DNA of 64,000 nt from the human T2T-CHM13v2.0 reference genome, Homo sapiens, in assembly GCF_009914755.1 (NCBI RefSeq), contig NC_060932.1; one strand, written 5' to 3'. Below the pieces are notes generated by a model. That model saw only the letters and a program-made list of their open reading frames with translations, made no database searches and was not told where the DNA came from. Both the position numbers and the translations under genes were made by a program. This document shows, one piece after another, positions 1-13,077 of this stretch. How positions within the stretch are numbered: the first letter of the stretch is position 1; each line of letters starts with the position of its first letter.

Positions 1-1205
1 CAAGGGGATGGTGCGGTGTCCGGGCACTGTCCTTGATGTTCCAAGAGGGGTGAGAATCCATCTCCTGAGTAAAAACTTCACATGGAGTGAGGAGGGGAGA
101 AGTGAACAGAGAGGAAGCAGGGAAGGCCAAGACAGCGACCAGCCTCACAGCAATTTTAACCAGAAATGGACACAGACCCTGGACCCCATCACAGGAGTGC
201 AGGCCTAAGACTGTCTCCAGGTGATGCATAGCTCCCTTGTCAGGTTAGTGGGTGCAGGCATTGTGACGTCTGCAGGGGTGTGGAAGGCTGGGCAATGGGA
301 GCAGCTTACTGGGCTGGACCAGAAATACTGAACTTCTTTTCCATCAGTGAAATCCACTTCTGGGTCAGAAAAAACTGCGAGTTCCAGAGGGGCAGGGCCT
401 AGGAGGAGGTCAGGTCCTGAGCCCTCCTGGTTTGACCCCCTCCCACCCCCTGTGTTTCTGGGTCTGTCCTCAGTTCCACCCAGCAGATCCTGAGTCTCTT
501 CCTTTGAGTCCCCGTGAGTGTGTTGTGTGCAGTGGGGCCGGGCTGCTTCATCCACTGCACATTAAATGTTTCCAATACTTTCCGGCCAAAGCTTAGAGTT
601 GTCAGACCACTGAATTTGAATGTTGACCTGGTTCCTTGTGGAACAGAGTAATAGCTATTGAAGTTTAAAGTCACTTTCCTGCGTGGATGGTGAAGAGGCA
701 GGCTGTTCAGGCATAGCTGTCCTCAGGCCTGGAGGGCTGTGGAGGTCACCGTGGGCGGTGGGTGGATCCGGAAACTCTGTGGCTCTAGACTTTCAACTAT
801 TTTATTTTTTCTTTTGTATTTTTTGTTTGTTGCTTGCTTTTTTACAATGGGAACTAGAATGTAAGATGCCAAACTCAGCCTGTGGGGAACATGGATTTTC
901 ACAACAGCAACCACAGAGCGTGGTTTCCATTTCTATTCCCTGTTCATGTGGGAGGCAGAGAAGGAAATCAGGTGCTCAGTTCCAGGGACATCACAGGACT
1001 AGGACATGTGCAGTGAGGGTGGAAGGCAGAGGCATTGCTTTAGGAGAATAAAATTACTGCATGCACACACATATGTATGTATATGGATGTATGTACACAA
1101 ACATGCATATTTATAGATTCTGTTCTCCCTCTCTCTATTTAATTTTCTTTATTTCACACTTGATATGATTTCTAAATTTAAATACCTTTGAGACAAAGGT
1201 GAATT

Positions 1206-2375
1206 GTGAAGGGATTTAAAAATGTCAGTGAAAAATGGAATTAACAATAAAAATATAAATATAAACTTTATTTCTCAATATAAGCTCTATTGAGGTCCAG
1301 ACACTCCATTAAGGGATGATCCCAGCCATTCAGTCCATTGCTAAACAACTGAGGGTAACGGGAATTTAACCGTGTCAATGCAGTCTTCTTTTACTAACTA
1401 AAGAAAAATGAGTGCCCTTTACAGTTATTTTAAGATTAGGGAAAAAAAGGTCAGAAGAAAACAAATCAGGACTGTAATGTTGATGCCTAATAATTTCCCA
1501 TGAAAACTCTTGCAAAATTACCCATGTTTGATGAGAGGAAGGAACAGAAGTGTTGTTGTGGTGCAGAGGGACTCTCTAGTGAAGCTTTACAGGGCGCTTT
1601 TCTGCAAAAGTATTTGCTAATTTTCTCTAAGAACTCTCCTAGTAAGCAGATGTTATCGTGCTTTGATCTTACAGAAAGTCAACAAGCAAAATGCCTTGAG
1701 CATCCCCAAAACCTCCATGGCTTTAGCTTTTGAGAAGTTTGCTTTTGCTTTGACTGGACCACTTCTACCTCTTGGTAGCCATTGCTTGAATTGTGCTTTG
1801 TCTTCAGGATCTTATTGATAAAGCCAGTTTCACTCCCTGTTATAATTCTTCAAAACAATGCTTCAGGATCTTGATTCCGCTTGCTCAAAATAGTCACTAA
1901 TAGCTCTGCTTTTGTCCACTGCTCATCTAGCCACAAGGGTATTTGGGACTCATCAAATGTAAAGTTTCTCAACTTTCACGTTATAGTCAGTATTGTGTAA
2001 CCTGAACCAATTGAGATGTCTGTGGTGTTGGCTGTAATATCTCTTGTTAATTGTCAATCCTCCTCAATTAGGGCATAGAAACGATTTTTTTTTTCCTCAA
2101 AAATTGGTATGGATGTCCCTCCTCTGTTGACTTCATCTTCAACATTGTATTATCTCTTCTTAGAATAAGGTATCCATTTGTAAATGACTGATTCTTCAGG
2201 TCATTTTTCCCATAGACTTTTCATAAAGAATAATTTATTTCACCATTTTTTGTACCCCAGCTTCACCGTAAATTTGATGTTTGTTCTTGCTTCAGGTTTG
2301 ACAGAATTCATGTTGCTGCCATAGAGGGGCTCTTTTCAAACTGATGTCTTAAATCTTGTTCAGGTATGTTAAAAC
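1206..2375 (-). mobile_element. HSMAR2 mariner DNA transposon, near full length, decayed
   Basis: Minus-strand ATG at 2311 begins MNSVKPEARTNIKFTVKLG, matching the HSMAR2 transposase N-terminus (MNSAKIEARTNIKFMVKLG). The body and the 3' end at ~1206-1300 match the remembered consensus. No intact ORF. Confidence 0.85.
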
Positions 2376-2377
2376 AG

Positions 2378-2423
2378 GGCCAGGCACGGTGGCTCACGCC
2401 TGTAATCCCTGCATTTTGGAAGG
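2378..2423 (+). mobile_element. Alu 5' fragment (~45 bp)
   Basis: ggccaggcacggtggctcacgcctgtaatccc, then an abrupt switch to the L1 tail. Confidence 0.8.
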
Positions 2424-2435
2424 TTAGAATAAAGT

Positions 2436-4945
2436 TTTTTAAAACTTTATTTTATTTCATTTTAAGTTCTGGGCTACATGTGCAGGATGTGCAGGTTTGT
2501 TACATAGGTAAATGTGTGCCATGGTGGTTTGCTGTACCTATCAACCCATCACCTAGGTATTAAGCCCACATGCATTAGCTATTTATCCTGATGCACTCCC
2601 TCCCCACTCACTCCCAGACAGGTTCCAGTGTGTGTTGTTCCCCTCCCTGTGTCTGTGTTCTCTCATTGTTCATCTCCCACTTATAAGTGAGAACATGTGT
2701 ATTTGGTTTTCTGTTCCTGCATTAGTTTGCTGAGAATAATGACTTCCAGCTTCATCCATGTCCCTGCAAAGGACATGATCTCATTCCTTTTTATGGCTGC
2801 ATAGTATTCCATGGTGTATATGTATCACAGTTTCTTTATCCAGTCTATCATTGATGGGCATTTGGGTTGGTTCTATGTCTTTGCTATTGTGAATAGTGCT
2901 ATAATGAACATACGCATGCATGTATCTTTATAATACAAGAATTTATATTCCTTTGGGCATATACTCTGTAATGGGATTGCTGGGTCAAATGGTATTTCTG
3001 ATTCTAGGTCTTTGAAAAATCACCACAGTCTTCCACAGTGGTTGAACTAACTTACATTCGCACCAACAGTGTAAAAGTGTTCCGATTTCCCCACAGTCTC
3101 ACCAGCATCTGTTGTCTTTTGACTTTTTAATAATCACCATTCTGACTGGCATGAGACGGTATCTCACTGTGGTTTTGATTTGTATTTCTCTAATGATCAG
3201 TAATGTTGGGCATTTTTTTCATGTTTGTTGGCTGCATAAATGTCTTCTTTTGAGAAGTGTCTGTTCATGTCCTTTGCTCACTTTTGAAATTTTTAAATTT
3301 TTATTTTTTAAGACAGAGTCTTGCTCTGTCACTCAGGGTGGAGTTCAGTGACACAATTTCGGGTCACTGCAACCTCTGCCTCCCAGACTCAGGTGATTCT
3401 TCTCTCTCAGGCTCCTGAGTAGTTGGGATTACAGGCCCGCACCACTACATCCGGCTAATTTATTGTATTTTCAGTAGAGACGTGGTTTCACCAGCTTGGC
3501 CAGGCTGATCTTGAACTCCTGGCCTCAAGTTATCTGCCCACTTCACCCTCCCAAACTGCTGGGATTACAGGCATGAGCCACTGTACCCTGGTTTTCCCCA
3601 CTTTTATATGGGGTTGGGTTTTTTACAGTTTTGGGTTTTACATTTAAGTCTTTCATCCATTTTCAGTTCATTTTTGTATAAGGTATAAGGAAGGGGTACA
3701 GTTTCAGTTTTCTGCATATGTCTAGCCAGTTTTTCAAACACCATTTATTATTAAATAGGGAATCCTTTCCCCATTGCTTGTTTTCATCAAAAATAAAATG
3801 GTTGTAGATGTGCAATCTTATTTCTGATATATCTATTCCATTCCATTGGTCTATGTGTCTGTTTTGTACCACTACCATGCTGTTGGGTTACTGTAGCCTT
3901 GTAATATAGTTTGAAGTTAGGTAGCATGATGCCTCTAACTTTGTTATTTTAGCTTAGGATTGTCCTGGGTATATGGGCTCTTTTTTCATTCCATATGAAT
4001 TTTGAGGTAGTTTTTTCTAATTTTGTAATGAATGTCCATGGTAGTTTATGGGAATAGCATTGAATCTATGAATTAATTTGGGAAGTATGGCATTTTCATG
4101 ATATTGATTCTTCTTACCCATGAGCATGGAATGTTTTTCCATTTGTTTGTGTCCTCTCTTATTTCTTTGAGTAGTGGTTTGCAATTCTTCTTGAAGAGGT
4201 CCTTCACTTGCCTTGTTTGCCGTATTCCTAGGTATTTTATACTCTTTGCAGCAATTGTAAATGGGAGCTCATTTGTGATTTGGCTCTCTTCTTGTCTATT
4301 GGTGTATAAGAATGCTTGTGATTTTTGCACACTGATTTTGTATCTTGAGACTTCACTGAAGTTGCTTGTAAGCTTAAGAATCTTTTGGGCTGAGATGATG
4401 GGATTTTATAGATATAGGATCATGTCATCTGCAAACAAAGACAATTCAACTTCTTCTTTTACTATTTGAATATGCTTTATTTTTTTCTCTTGCCTGATTT
4501 CCTTGGCCAGAACTTCCAGTACTATATGGAGTAGGAGTGGTGAGAGAGGGCATCCTTGCCTTGTGCCGAATTTCAAACGGAATGCTTCCAGGTTTTGCCT
4601 ATTCAATATGATATTGGCTCTGGGTTTGTCATAAATGGCTCCTATTATTTTGAGATATGTTCCATCAATACCTAGTTTCATGAGGTTTTTAATTTAAAGG
4701 AATGTTGAATTTTATCAAAGATCTATTCTGAGTCTACTGAAATAATCATGGGGTTTTTGTCTTTAGTTCTGTTTACATGGTGAATTACATTTATTGATTT
4801 GTGTATGTTGAACCAGCCTTGCACCAAAGGGATGAAGCTGACTTGATCTTGGTGGATAAGCTTTTTGATATGTTGCTGGATTTTGTTTGCCACTATTATA
4901 TCGAGAATTTTTGCATCAAAGTTTATCAGAAATATTAAACTAAAG
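2436..4945 (-). mobile_element. 5'-truncated L1PA (3' UTR plus ORF2 3' part), interrupted by an Alu
   Basis: Antisense L1PA 3' UTR (gggctacatgtgcaggatgtgcagg). ORF2 RT fragments in the ORF track ([30 protein letters not shown]). Confidence 0.95.
3290..3591 (-). mobile_element. Alu (S/J-type) inserted in L1
   Basis: Antisense dimeric Alu: agacagagtcttgctctgtc...gggattacaggcatgagccac. Confidence 0.9.
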
Positions 4946-5074
4946 TCTAGTAAATACATTGAAAATAATAACAGACTGATTAAAAGACTAAATAATATGA
5001 ATCCTAAGTGTTCTCACAGCTGATTTATAGAGTAAAAGCATTGTCAAACCAAATGAGCTTGGATAGAAACTGTA

Positions 5075-5830
5075 TAGAGTCTGAGATGTTGTCTGAACTT
5101 CCAGTCACTCATTGTGAAGTGGAACTGCAGTAACTACATTTGGTGCAAAATTTCATGTCGATGGAAGCTGATATGTCCTGCAGTCTCAGAGGGACAGAAT
5201 TCTGGTGTATCTCCCTTTGGCCTATGAGGAATGAAGATTTAGGCTCTGAGGGTTTTGTCAAAATTTATAAGATGTAAGAAATGGGGACGTCTTTAGGCCA
5301 TGAGGCAAGGCCTAGTGGTGTAAAGAAACAGCTTCTGACCCAGGGCTCATGAAGTCAGCATGGTGTCAGGGGCGATGGTGGAGTGAGCATAGTATGGTTT
5401 TTGGAACCATTCCTTCCTCTTATTTCTTCACAGGCCAGGTATGCACAACCAGGGGGCATCTCGGGCCTGATGAGCAGAGTCCTGAAGAGACAAAGGGGCA
5501 ATCCTGAGGAAGAGACTTGACAGGGAGGAAGGAGCCACCAATTTCACTCCTGAGGGAATTCTTCCTCCCCAGTAAACCATAGGATTTTCCTTTGTCTCAG
5601 TGAGAGTTTTCCTGAGTGAAGAGAAAAGAGAGAGAAAGGGACTGATGTGTTATCTGTTACCACCACCTGAAGTGATTCTGAAACGTTGGGGGAAAGGAGA
5701 ATTATCTTCAGAGTCATAAGCAATCCAGAGGCCATGGTTACACATAAGAGAGTGGAAGTTCTTATCTCTGGGGGGTAGGCACTAGGCATTGATATTGGTT
5801 AAAGCTCATTCACTGATTACAAAGTGAGAC
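5075..5830. repeat. Old diverged paralog of the RS447 (USP17) spacer
   Basis: Colinear similarity to ~8415-9015 (ctgagatgtt, catttggtgcaaaa, gagggacagaatt, aaggagccacc, agcaatcca), plus an extra ~170 bp. Confidence 0.75.
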
Positions 5831-5867
5831 AAATAAATACTCCACTGCAAGATTTATTCATGACATT

Positions 5868-7081
5868 TTATTTCACACACAATTCACTTGCCTTCACGCA
5901 AAGAGCTCTCGGTTCCCTGCCTATGGACACACTGTAACTGGGTCTTCCAAATTCATTCTTCTGGATGTAAAAGAGGACATAGGCCTGTTGACTCAGGACA
6001 GAAGTGATACCGGAGGCAGTGACCTCGGCATCATCCATTTTATACCAATGGCCTTCTTGAGTTTGACATAAGATAAGTAATGTCCGTTGTGACAACTCCA
6101 CCCAGCGTGGACCAGCACAGCATAGAGGACATAGACAAGAGGTCCTGTGTTCTGCTGAGACATGTATGGCTGCATGTCAAGGCACTCAGGATATTGCACA
6201 TTCTTGGCAAGTTTGTTGCCTGTGACATCAGAGAATCTCTTCAATACAAGGATGAGGACCTTGGCAGAAGTGTGTAAAGTTAACGTCCTGGAGGTAGGCG
6301 CCTTCTGGAGACAAAGACCACAATGATAGGCATTTTATCCATTGAGTTCTTCGGGCTTCACCAACTGTTCCAAAGCTTGCTTGACACTCTGAGCTGCCTG
6401 GATATCCAGGGCGATGTCCAGGTAAGGGTCAAAGGTGTCTGAAATCCCATGGCAGTGGAAACAGTTGATGTGAGATCTCCAGTACCCTCCAAATATTTGG
6501 TGGATGAGGGTGGTGTCCTTAGAGTGATTATCTAAATGCTTGTGCCCGGGAAGGAATGCTTTTTTCATGGCATCCACAGTGAACATGAGAAATTCATGGG
6601 CATCTTCCTGCTCGCCTCTATGGAAGCCAGCAGCCAACACCTGTGAGGGCTGGATGACATGGCCAGGACTGTGGAGGGGCCATGTGATGTGAGCTTGCAT
6701 AGTACAGAGCATGCAGCACTTGTGACGATGACACGTTTGAGAGTGCTCCCGGGACAGCATGTAGTTGGCAAGGGGCGGTGTGTATGTCAGGCACTGCAGG
6801 GAAGCGTTCACGTAGCAGGTATTTCCCATATTCTGGAGCCCAGCCCCCACCGCAGCAGGTCTCCTGCTACTCAGAGGAAGCTTCTCCCTGGGAGCGAGCT
6901 GTCTTGCCACAGGAGCCAAATCATCACAGAGGTCGACGCGGGTCTCAGATGAGAGTGATGACTTCTCAGAGAGAGAAGTCCGCTGGATTTCAGCAAAAGC
7001 TGCATCTGGCCGAGAAGATGTGAGTTTTGAAAAGTGGTTGAACTGCCACTCACCTCCCAAGTAGAGTGAGTCGTCCTCCAT
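5868..7081 (-). pseudogene. USP17L: USP17-like deubiquitinase pseudogene, 3'-truncated
   Basis: ATG 7081 [14 protein letters not shown]. Cys box [13 protein letters not shown], His box HNGHY, WYKMDD. Nonsense at codon 249 (6335-6337) and a 1-bp deletion at ~6061. Homology ends after GREPRAL at ~5900. Confidence 0.95.
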
Positions 7082-7193
7082 GTCGCCCGGAACAAGGATC
7101 ACAGGGTTTTTCGGCTGGGACCGCAGGTTGCAGAAAGATGCTATCTCTTCCGAGAGAGTCTTCAAATGACGAGCTCTCTGGCCGCATCAGCCC

Positions 7194-7290
7194 TTATATA
7201 ACTCACCCCCACCAACCGCGAACACCCCACCCACCCATCAGGTGCGCGATAAACCAATCAAATATCAGCACTCAATTAAGGAATGAGTCA
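7194..7290 (-). promoter_or_regulatory. USP17L promoter, copy 1: TATA box, DUX-like/CCAAT site, AP-1 site
   Basis: TATATAA on minus at 7194-7200. TAAACCAATCA at 7250-7260. TGAGTCA at 7284-7290. Confidence 0.6.
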
Positions 7291-7484
7291 CAGGGTGTGT
7301 CCCCTTGCATCGCTGGGAATTCAACAGACACAGCCCACATCATGACTTCTAGAACACCTGAATCAAACTACTCCTCAGGCTGATAGACACATGTAATATG
7401 AGTGTAACCGGGTTGGGACAGTGGCCACACAGTTGCCTTATTTTAGGTAAAACAATGTCAGGGAAGAAATCTTTACCTATGAAA

Positions 7485-7486
<2 letters not shown>

Positions 7487-7528
<42 letters not shown>
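7487..7528. repeat. (GT)21 microsatellite
   Basis: Perfect GT run; interrupted homolog at ~12205-12240. Confidence 0.95.
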
Positions 7529-7531
<3 letters not shown>

Positions 7532-10206
7532 TGCCGGGATGTACTTCCAAATATGTGCTTTTGGCAGATACCATCATCCTCTCAGCGATGGAAGGACAAG
7601 AAGTCGGAAGTGCGCTTTCTGACCTGAGAATAGTCAATGAAGTATAGTAATTAGCGCAGTGTATCTTTTTCCTTAATAAGAAAGGAGAGATCCGTGGAAT
7701 CAAACAGACCTTCCAGCGATAACCTTTCCACGTTCAGCCTATTGATTCTCTATCCGAGTGAAATTACCTGCCAGTGGAGAACAAGAGAAGTCTTTGCATG
7801 AAATGCTCTTGTGGAAGCTAGATGGCAAGTAATAAAGCATCAAGTGGTAGAAACATGCACTAAAGTCTGAAGAGATACTCAGTGCACAATGTAGAGTGTG
7901 TAAGACTTTGGGGAAATCATGCAATCACCGAGAGACTAATTGATGACATTCCGCAAATTTATGTGTGCCAGAAAAGAGAGATGAAAATGACATTGTATAG
8001 TGAATGGTTTCGGACGTGCGACGGCAGTTTAAGAAAACCTGAAACAAAAAACTTGAGAAATCAGAAGGTATCCCAACTATAACCTTTGGTTTATTAAAGA
8101 ATTGATGAAAATAAAAACAACGTATCTCACAGCATGGGTGATAATATTTTCATACGTATGTGATAATGGATCAACATTTGATAGAGATGAAATGAAAAGT
8201 TCTAAATTTGACAAAAGCAAACACCGAAAATTGCACCGTAGAAAAGCCCTGGTGACGGGAGTGAGGCCCTGTCTCAAGAAGAAAACATTGGAGAGATTTA
8301 AAAGCAGAGAGTGAAACCCAGGATAGCATAAGATTGTTAATACTGGCCCTTGTTTCAGTGGGAAAAGGCAAAAATAAGCCGTGTGTCTCCTGGATTCTCG
8401 CATCGATTGTTCAGGATCTGAGATGTTGCCTCCATTTACAGTTACGCATTGCATGGTGGAATTGCAGTTAGCACATTTGGTGCAAAAATTTTAGTGCTGA
8501 CGAAAATGGACATGTTCCCTGAACTAAGAGGGACATAATTTGGGTGTGTCTTCAGGCTCTCTGGCTTACCAGGATTGAAGATCTAGGCTCTAGGGATTCT
8601 CCCAAAATGTCTTAGACAGTAAGCACTGGAGCAGAATTGAGGCCCGGCGCCAAGGTCTCGAGGTGTAAAGAAACAGCCGTGGCCTCAGGGCCCATGAAAT
8701 TAGGATGATTTTAAGGAGGATGATGGAATGAGAGGACTGTGACCTTTGGCCCCGTTTCTTTCCCTTGTTTTTTCATGGGCCAGGTGTGCTCCATCAGAAG
8801 GCTTTCTGTGCCTGATGTAAAGTGTCCTGGGTGAAGAAAGGGCACTGCTTAGAAAGGTGCTCCACAGGGAGAAAGGAGCCACCGTTTTCAGGAGAATGAT
8901 CCCCAGAAGCATGAGCAATCCACATGCCGTGGCTTCACACAAGACGCTGGAGGGTCTTATTCCTGGAGCCGGGACCTGGGCATCGGTGTGCTTTAATGCT
9001 CATAACTGATTTTGAGGGGAGCCCAATCGATAACCTGTCTGCGAGTCATGCTCATCACACTGTAGTTTTCACACACGTCACAGAGAGACCCTGTTCGTAT
9101 GCACATTGGGGTGCTTGAGCAGGGTTGCGCCCACGATTCTGTGGTACTACGGAGCCCTGAGTTGTGCCCTGGACAGCTTTCTTCAGGGGTTGGTCAACTT
9201 TGATCACTGCACCTAACAAGAAAGGGACCATGAAATCTAATCAGCAAATACAGAAAAGGAAGGGGCCATTTCCCACAATAATTTCCACAGAAACACCACG
9301 TCGAATAAATAAGTCTGATTGCAGGACAGGGACTGTGCTTCAGAGGTGCAGCTTTCGCAGCTGGACGAATGACCCGGAATCTCCCCAAATGCCATTTGTA
9401 AACACACCAAATGAGGTTTATTTCAGGGCTTTCTGAATGTATTTTAGTTGAATACACACACTCCAGTGTTTGATTTCCTTTAGTAGCAATAAGACTTAGT
9501 TCCAAATGACTTCCGTGCTAGTGGGAAAATTTTCTGTTTCGACTCATTGGAAGTGGACACCGTGAAACAGGCAAGTCGGTCTGTCTGCTTCCGGCGTTAT
9601 GTGGGTTCCAGCAAGAGCACAAGTCCCAGGGCGCCTAAGGTCCATTCAGAAACCAAAATAAAATGGGCGAGCCAGGGTAAGAAAGGAGAGCACCGTTCCT
9701 ATCTTCCAATTGAATTCCAGTATCCACTATTCAACGTGGCGAGAATGATCCACGGATGTCCCACATGAGCAAAATTTCACCTTCTCTTGCCGACCAAGAA
9801 CTGATGAATGAAACAAACCCCAAGAGGAAATAGTAAACCATGTCCCCTGCAATAACCTCACACGCAAACCTACACGTCAATAGGTCACATTAAGAAATAC
9901 ACACTGAATGTCATCTACCATGAACACAAACACACAGACAGTCCCTCCAGAGGTTCGGAAGACTCACGACCCCAAAACTTGATGTTTCCCATGTGTGGGC
10001 TCATCCTGAGATGCAGCCGTCACTATCCAGTTGTCCCTGTTGTAGAGACAGAAACTGGGGCTCCTCATTACTTTATGTAGGATAGACGGTGTTCGTGTTT
10101 GTGTGGGTGTGTGTGTGTTTCCTTGCGCGCTTGTGGGTGTATTTGTGTTTGTGTGTGTGTGTGTGTGTTTTTCTCCCCTACGTGTGGGTCGGCACTTCCA
10201 CTGAGA

Positions 10207-11799
10207 TCACTGGCACACAAGCAGAGCCCTCTTGCAGTGTTTGTTCTTCCCTTTGGATCTCCTGGTCCTCCCTTGCAGAGAAGCGAGTGTGCCAGTGTTC
10301 ATGGACTCCTGATCTGTTGGGTTCGTCGAAGAGAGGTTTAGCAGGGAGCTTTGCTGTTCAGGATGATGGTTTTTCATCCCACACTTGTATTTTGATTGAT
10401 GAATCACAAGTACGTTGGGAGGCAGGGTACCTTCAAGTTTTCTGACGTTGAACTCAGGCTTCGTTTTGTTTTGCTCTTGGAGGAATTTCCAGTGGTCTAA
10501 GGTGCTTTCCTGAGTGGCTCTTTCCACCAAGTGCTCGTCCAACTCGGGTACCTGGAGGCAGGGGTAGTCTCTCTTGAGCTCTCCTTGCGTTGCTCGCCTG
10601 TCTGTGTCTTCAGCGCCGAGGGCTCTTGGTTCCCTGCCTCTTGACACACTCTCACTGTGTCTTTCCCATTCACTCTTCTGGATGTAAAAGAGGACATAGG
10701 CCTGTTGACTCAGGACAGAGGTGATGCCAGAGGCAGTGACCTCAGCATCATCCATTTTATACCACTGGCCTTCTTGAACTTTGACATAAGAGAAGTAATG
10801 TCCGTTGTGACAACTCCACCCGGCGTGGACCAGCACAGCATAGAGGACATAGACAAGAGGTCCTGTGTTCTGCTGAGACATGTATGGCTGCATGTCAAGG
10901 CACTCAGGATATTGCACATTCTTGGCAATTTTGTTGCCTGTGACATCGGAGAATCTCTTCCATACGAGGATGAGGATCTTGGCAGAAGTGTGTAAAGTTT
11001 ACGTCTTGGAGGCCGGCGCCCTCTGGAGACAAAGACCACAATGATAGGCATTCTCTCCATTGAGTTCTTCGGGCTTCACCAACTGTTCCAAAGCTTGCTT
11101 GACACTCTGAGCTTCCTGGATATCCAGGGCGATGTCCAGGTAAGGGCCAAAAGTGTCTGAAATGCCGTGGCAGTGGAGTCACTTGATTTGAGATCTCCAG
11201 TACCCTCCAAATATTTGGTGGATGAGGGTGGTGTCCTTGGAGTGATGATCTACCTGCTTGTGCCCGGGAAGGCATGCCTTTTTCATGGCATCCACAGTGA
11301 ACATGAGAAATTCAAGGGCAGCTTCCTGCTTGCCTCTATGGAAGCCAGCAGCCAATGCCTGTGAGGGCTGGATGACATGGCCAGGAATGTGGAGGGGCCA
11401 TGTGATGTGAGCTTCCATGGTACAGAGCATGCAGCACTTGTGACGATGACATGTTTGAGAGTGCTCCCGGGACAGCATGTAGTTGGCAAGGGGCGGTATG
11501 TATGTCAGACACTGCTGGGAAGCGTTCACGTAGCAGGTATTTCCCATATTCTGGAGCCCAGCCCCCACCGCAGCAGGTCTCCTGCTACTCAGAGGAAGCT
11601 TCTCCCTGGGAGCGAGCTGTCTTGCCACAGGCGCCAAATCATCGCAGAAGTCGACGCGGGTCTCAGTTGAGAGTTGTGACTTCTCAGGGAGAGAAGTCCG
11701 CTGGATTTCAGCAAAGGCTGCATCTGGCCGAGAAGATGTGAGTTTTGAAAAGTGGTTGAACTGCCACTCACCTCCCAAGTAGAGTGAGTCGTCCTCCAT
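10207..11799 (-). pseudogene. USP17L: USP17-like pseudogene, full length (531 codons) with two nonsense codons
   Basis: ATG 11799 to TGA 10207-10209 = 1593 nt, no frameshift. Internal stops at codon 207 (TGA 11179-11181) and codon 267 (TAA 10999-11001). Catalytic Cys/His/Asp motifs kept; ends KRALLVCQ. Confidence 0.95.
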
Positions 11800-11911
11800 G
11801 TCGCCCGGAACAAGGATCACAAGGTTTTTCGGCTGGGACCTTATGTTGCAGAAAGACGCTATCTCTTCCGAGAGAGTCTTCAAATGACGAGCTCTCTGGC
11901 CGCATCAGCCC

Positions 11912-12010
11912 TTATATAACTCACCCGCACCAACGGCGAACACCTCACCCACTCATCAGGTGCGCGATAAACCAATCAAATATCAGCATTTAATTAAGGA
12001 ATGAGTCACA
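11912..12010 (-). promoter_or_regulatory. USP17L promoter, copy 2: TATA box, DUX-like/CCAAT site, AP-1 site
   Basis: cccttatataac; TAAACCAATCA at 11968-11978; TGAGTCA at 12002-12008. Confidence 0.6.
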
Positions 12011-12758
12011 GGGTGTGTCCCCTTGCATCGCTGGGAATTCAACAGACACAGCCCACATCATGACTTCTAGAACACCTGAATCACATTACTCCTCAGGATG
12101 ATAGGCAGATGTAATATGAGTGTAACCAGGTTGGGACAGTGGCCACACAGTTGCCTTATTTTAGGTAAAACAATGTCAGGGAAGAAATCTTTACCTATGA
12201 AGCCGTGTGTGTGTGTGTTTGTGTGTTTGTGTGTGTGTGTTTGTGCTGGGATGAACCTCCAAGTATGTGCTTTTGGCAGCTACCATCATCCTCTCAGCGA
12301 CGGAAAGAGAAGAAGTCGGAAGTGCGCTTTCTGACCTGAGAATAGTCAATGAAGTATAGTATTTAGCACAGCGTATTTTTTTCCCTAATAAGAAAGGAGA
12401 GATCCGTGGAAACAAACAAACCTTCCAGCGATAAGCTTTCCACGTTCAGCCTATTGATTCTCTATCCGAATGGAATTAGCTGCCAGTGGATAACAAGACA
12501 AGTCTTTGCATGAAATGCTCTTTTGGAAGCTAGGTTGCCAAATAATAAAGCATCAAATGGTAGAAACATACACTGAAGTTTGAAGAGATACTCAGTGCAC
12601 AAAGTAGACTGTGAAAGACTTTGTGGAAATCATTCAGTCACCGAGAGACTAATTGATGACAATCCCCAAATTTATGTTTGCCAGAAAAGAGAGATGGTCA
12701 TGACATTGTATAGTGAATGATTTCGGATGTGCGATGGCAGTTTAAGAAAACATGAAAC

Positions 12759-13077
<319 letters not shown>

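Noticed and set aside
3663-4959. Active reverse transcriptase
   Set aside because: Fragmented, frameshifted and 5'-truncated L1 ORF2
7082-7165. 28-aa N-terminal extension of USP17 (MKTLSEE...), also at 11800-11883
   Set aside because: Starts at TTG right at the expected TSS; the family start is MEDDS
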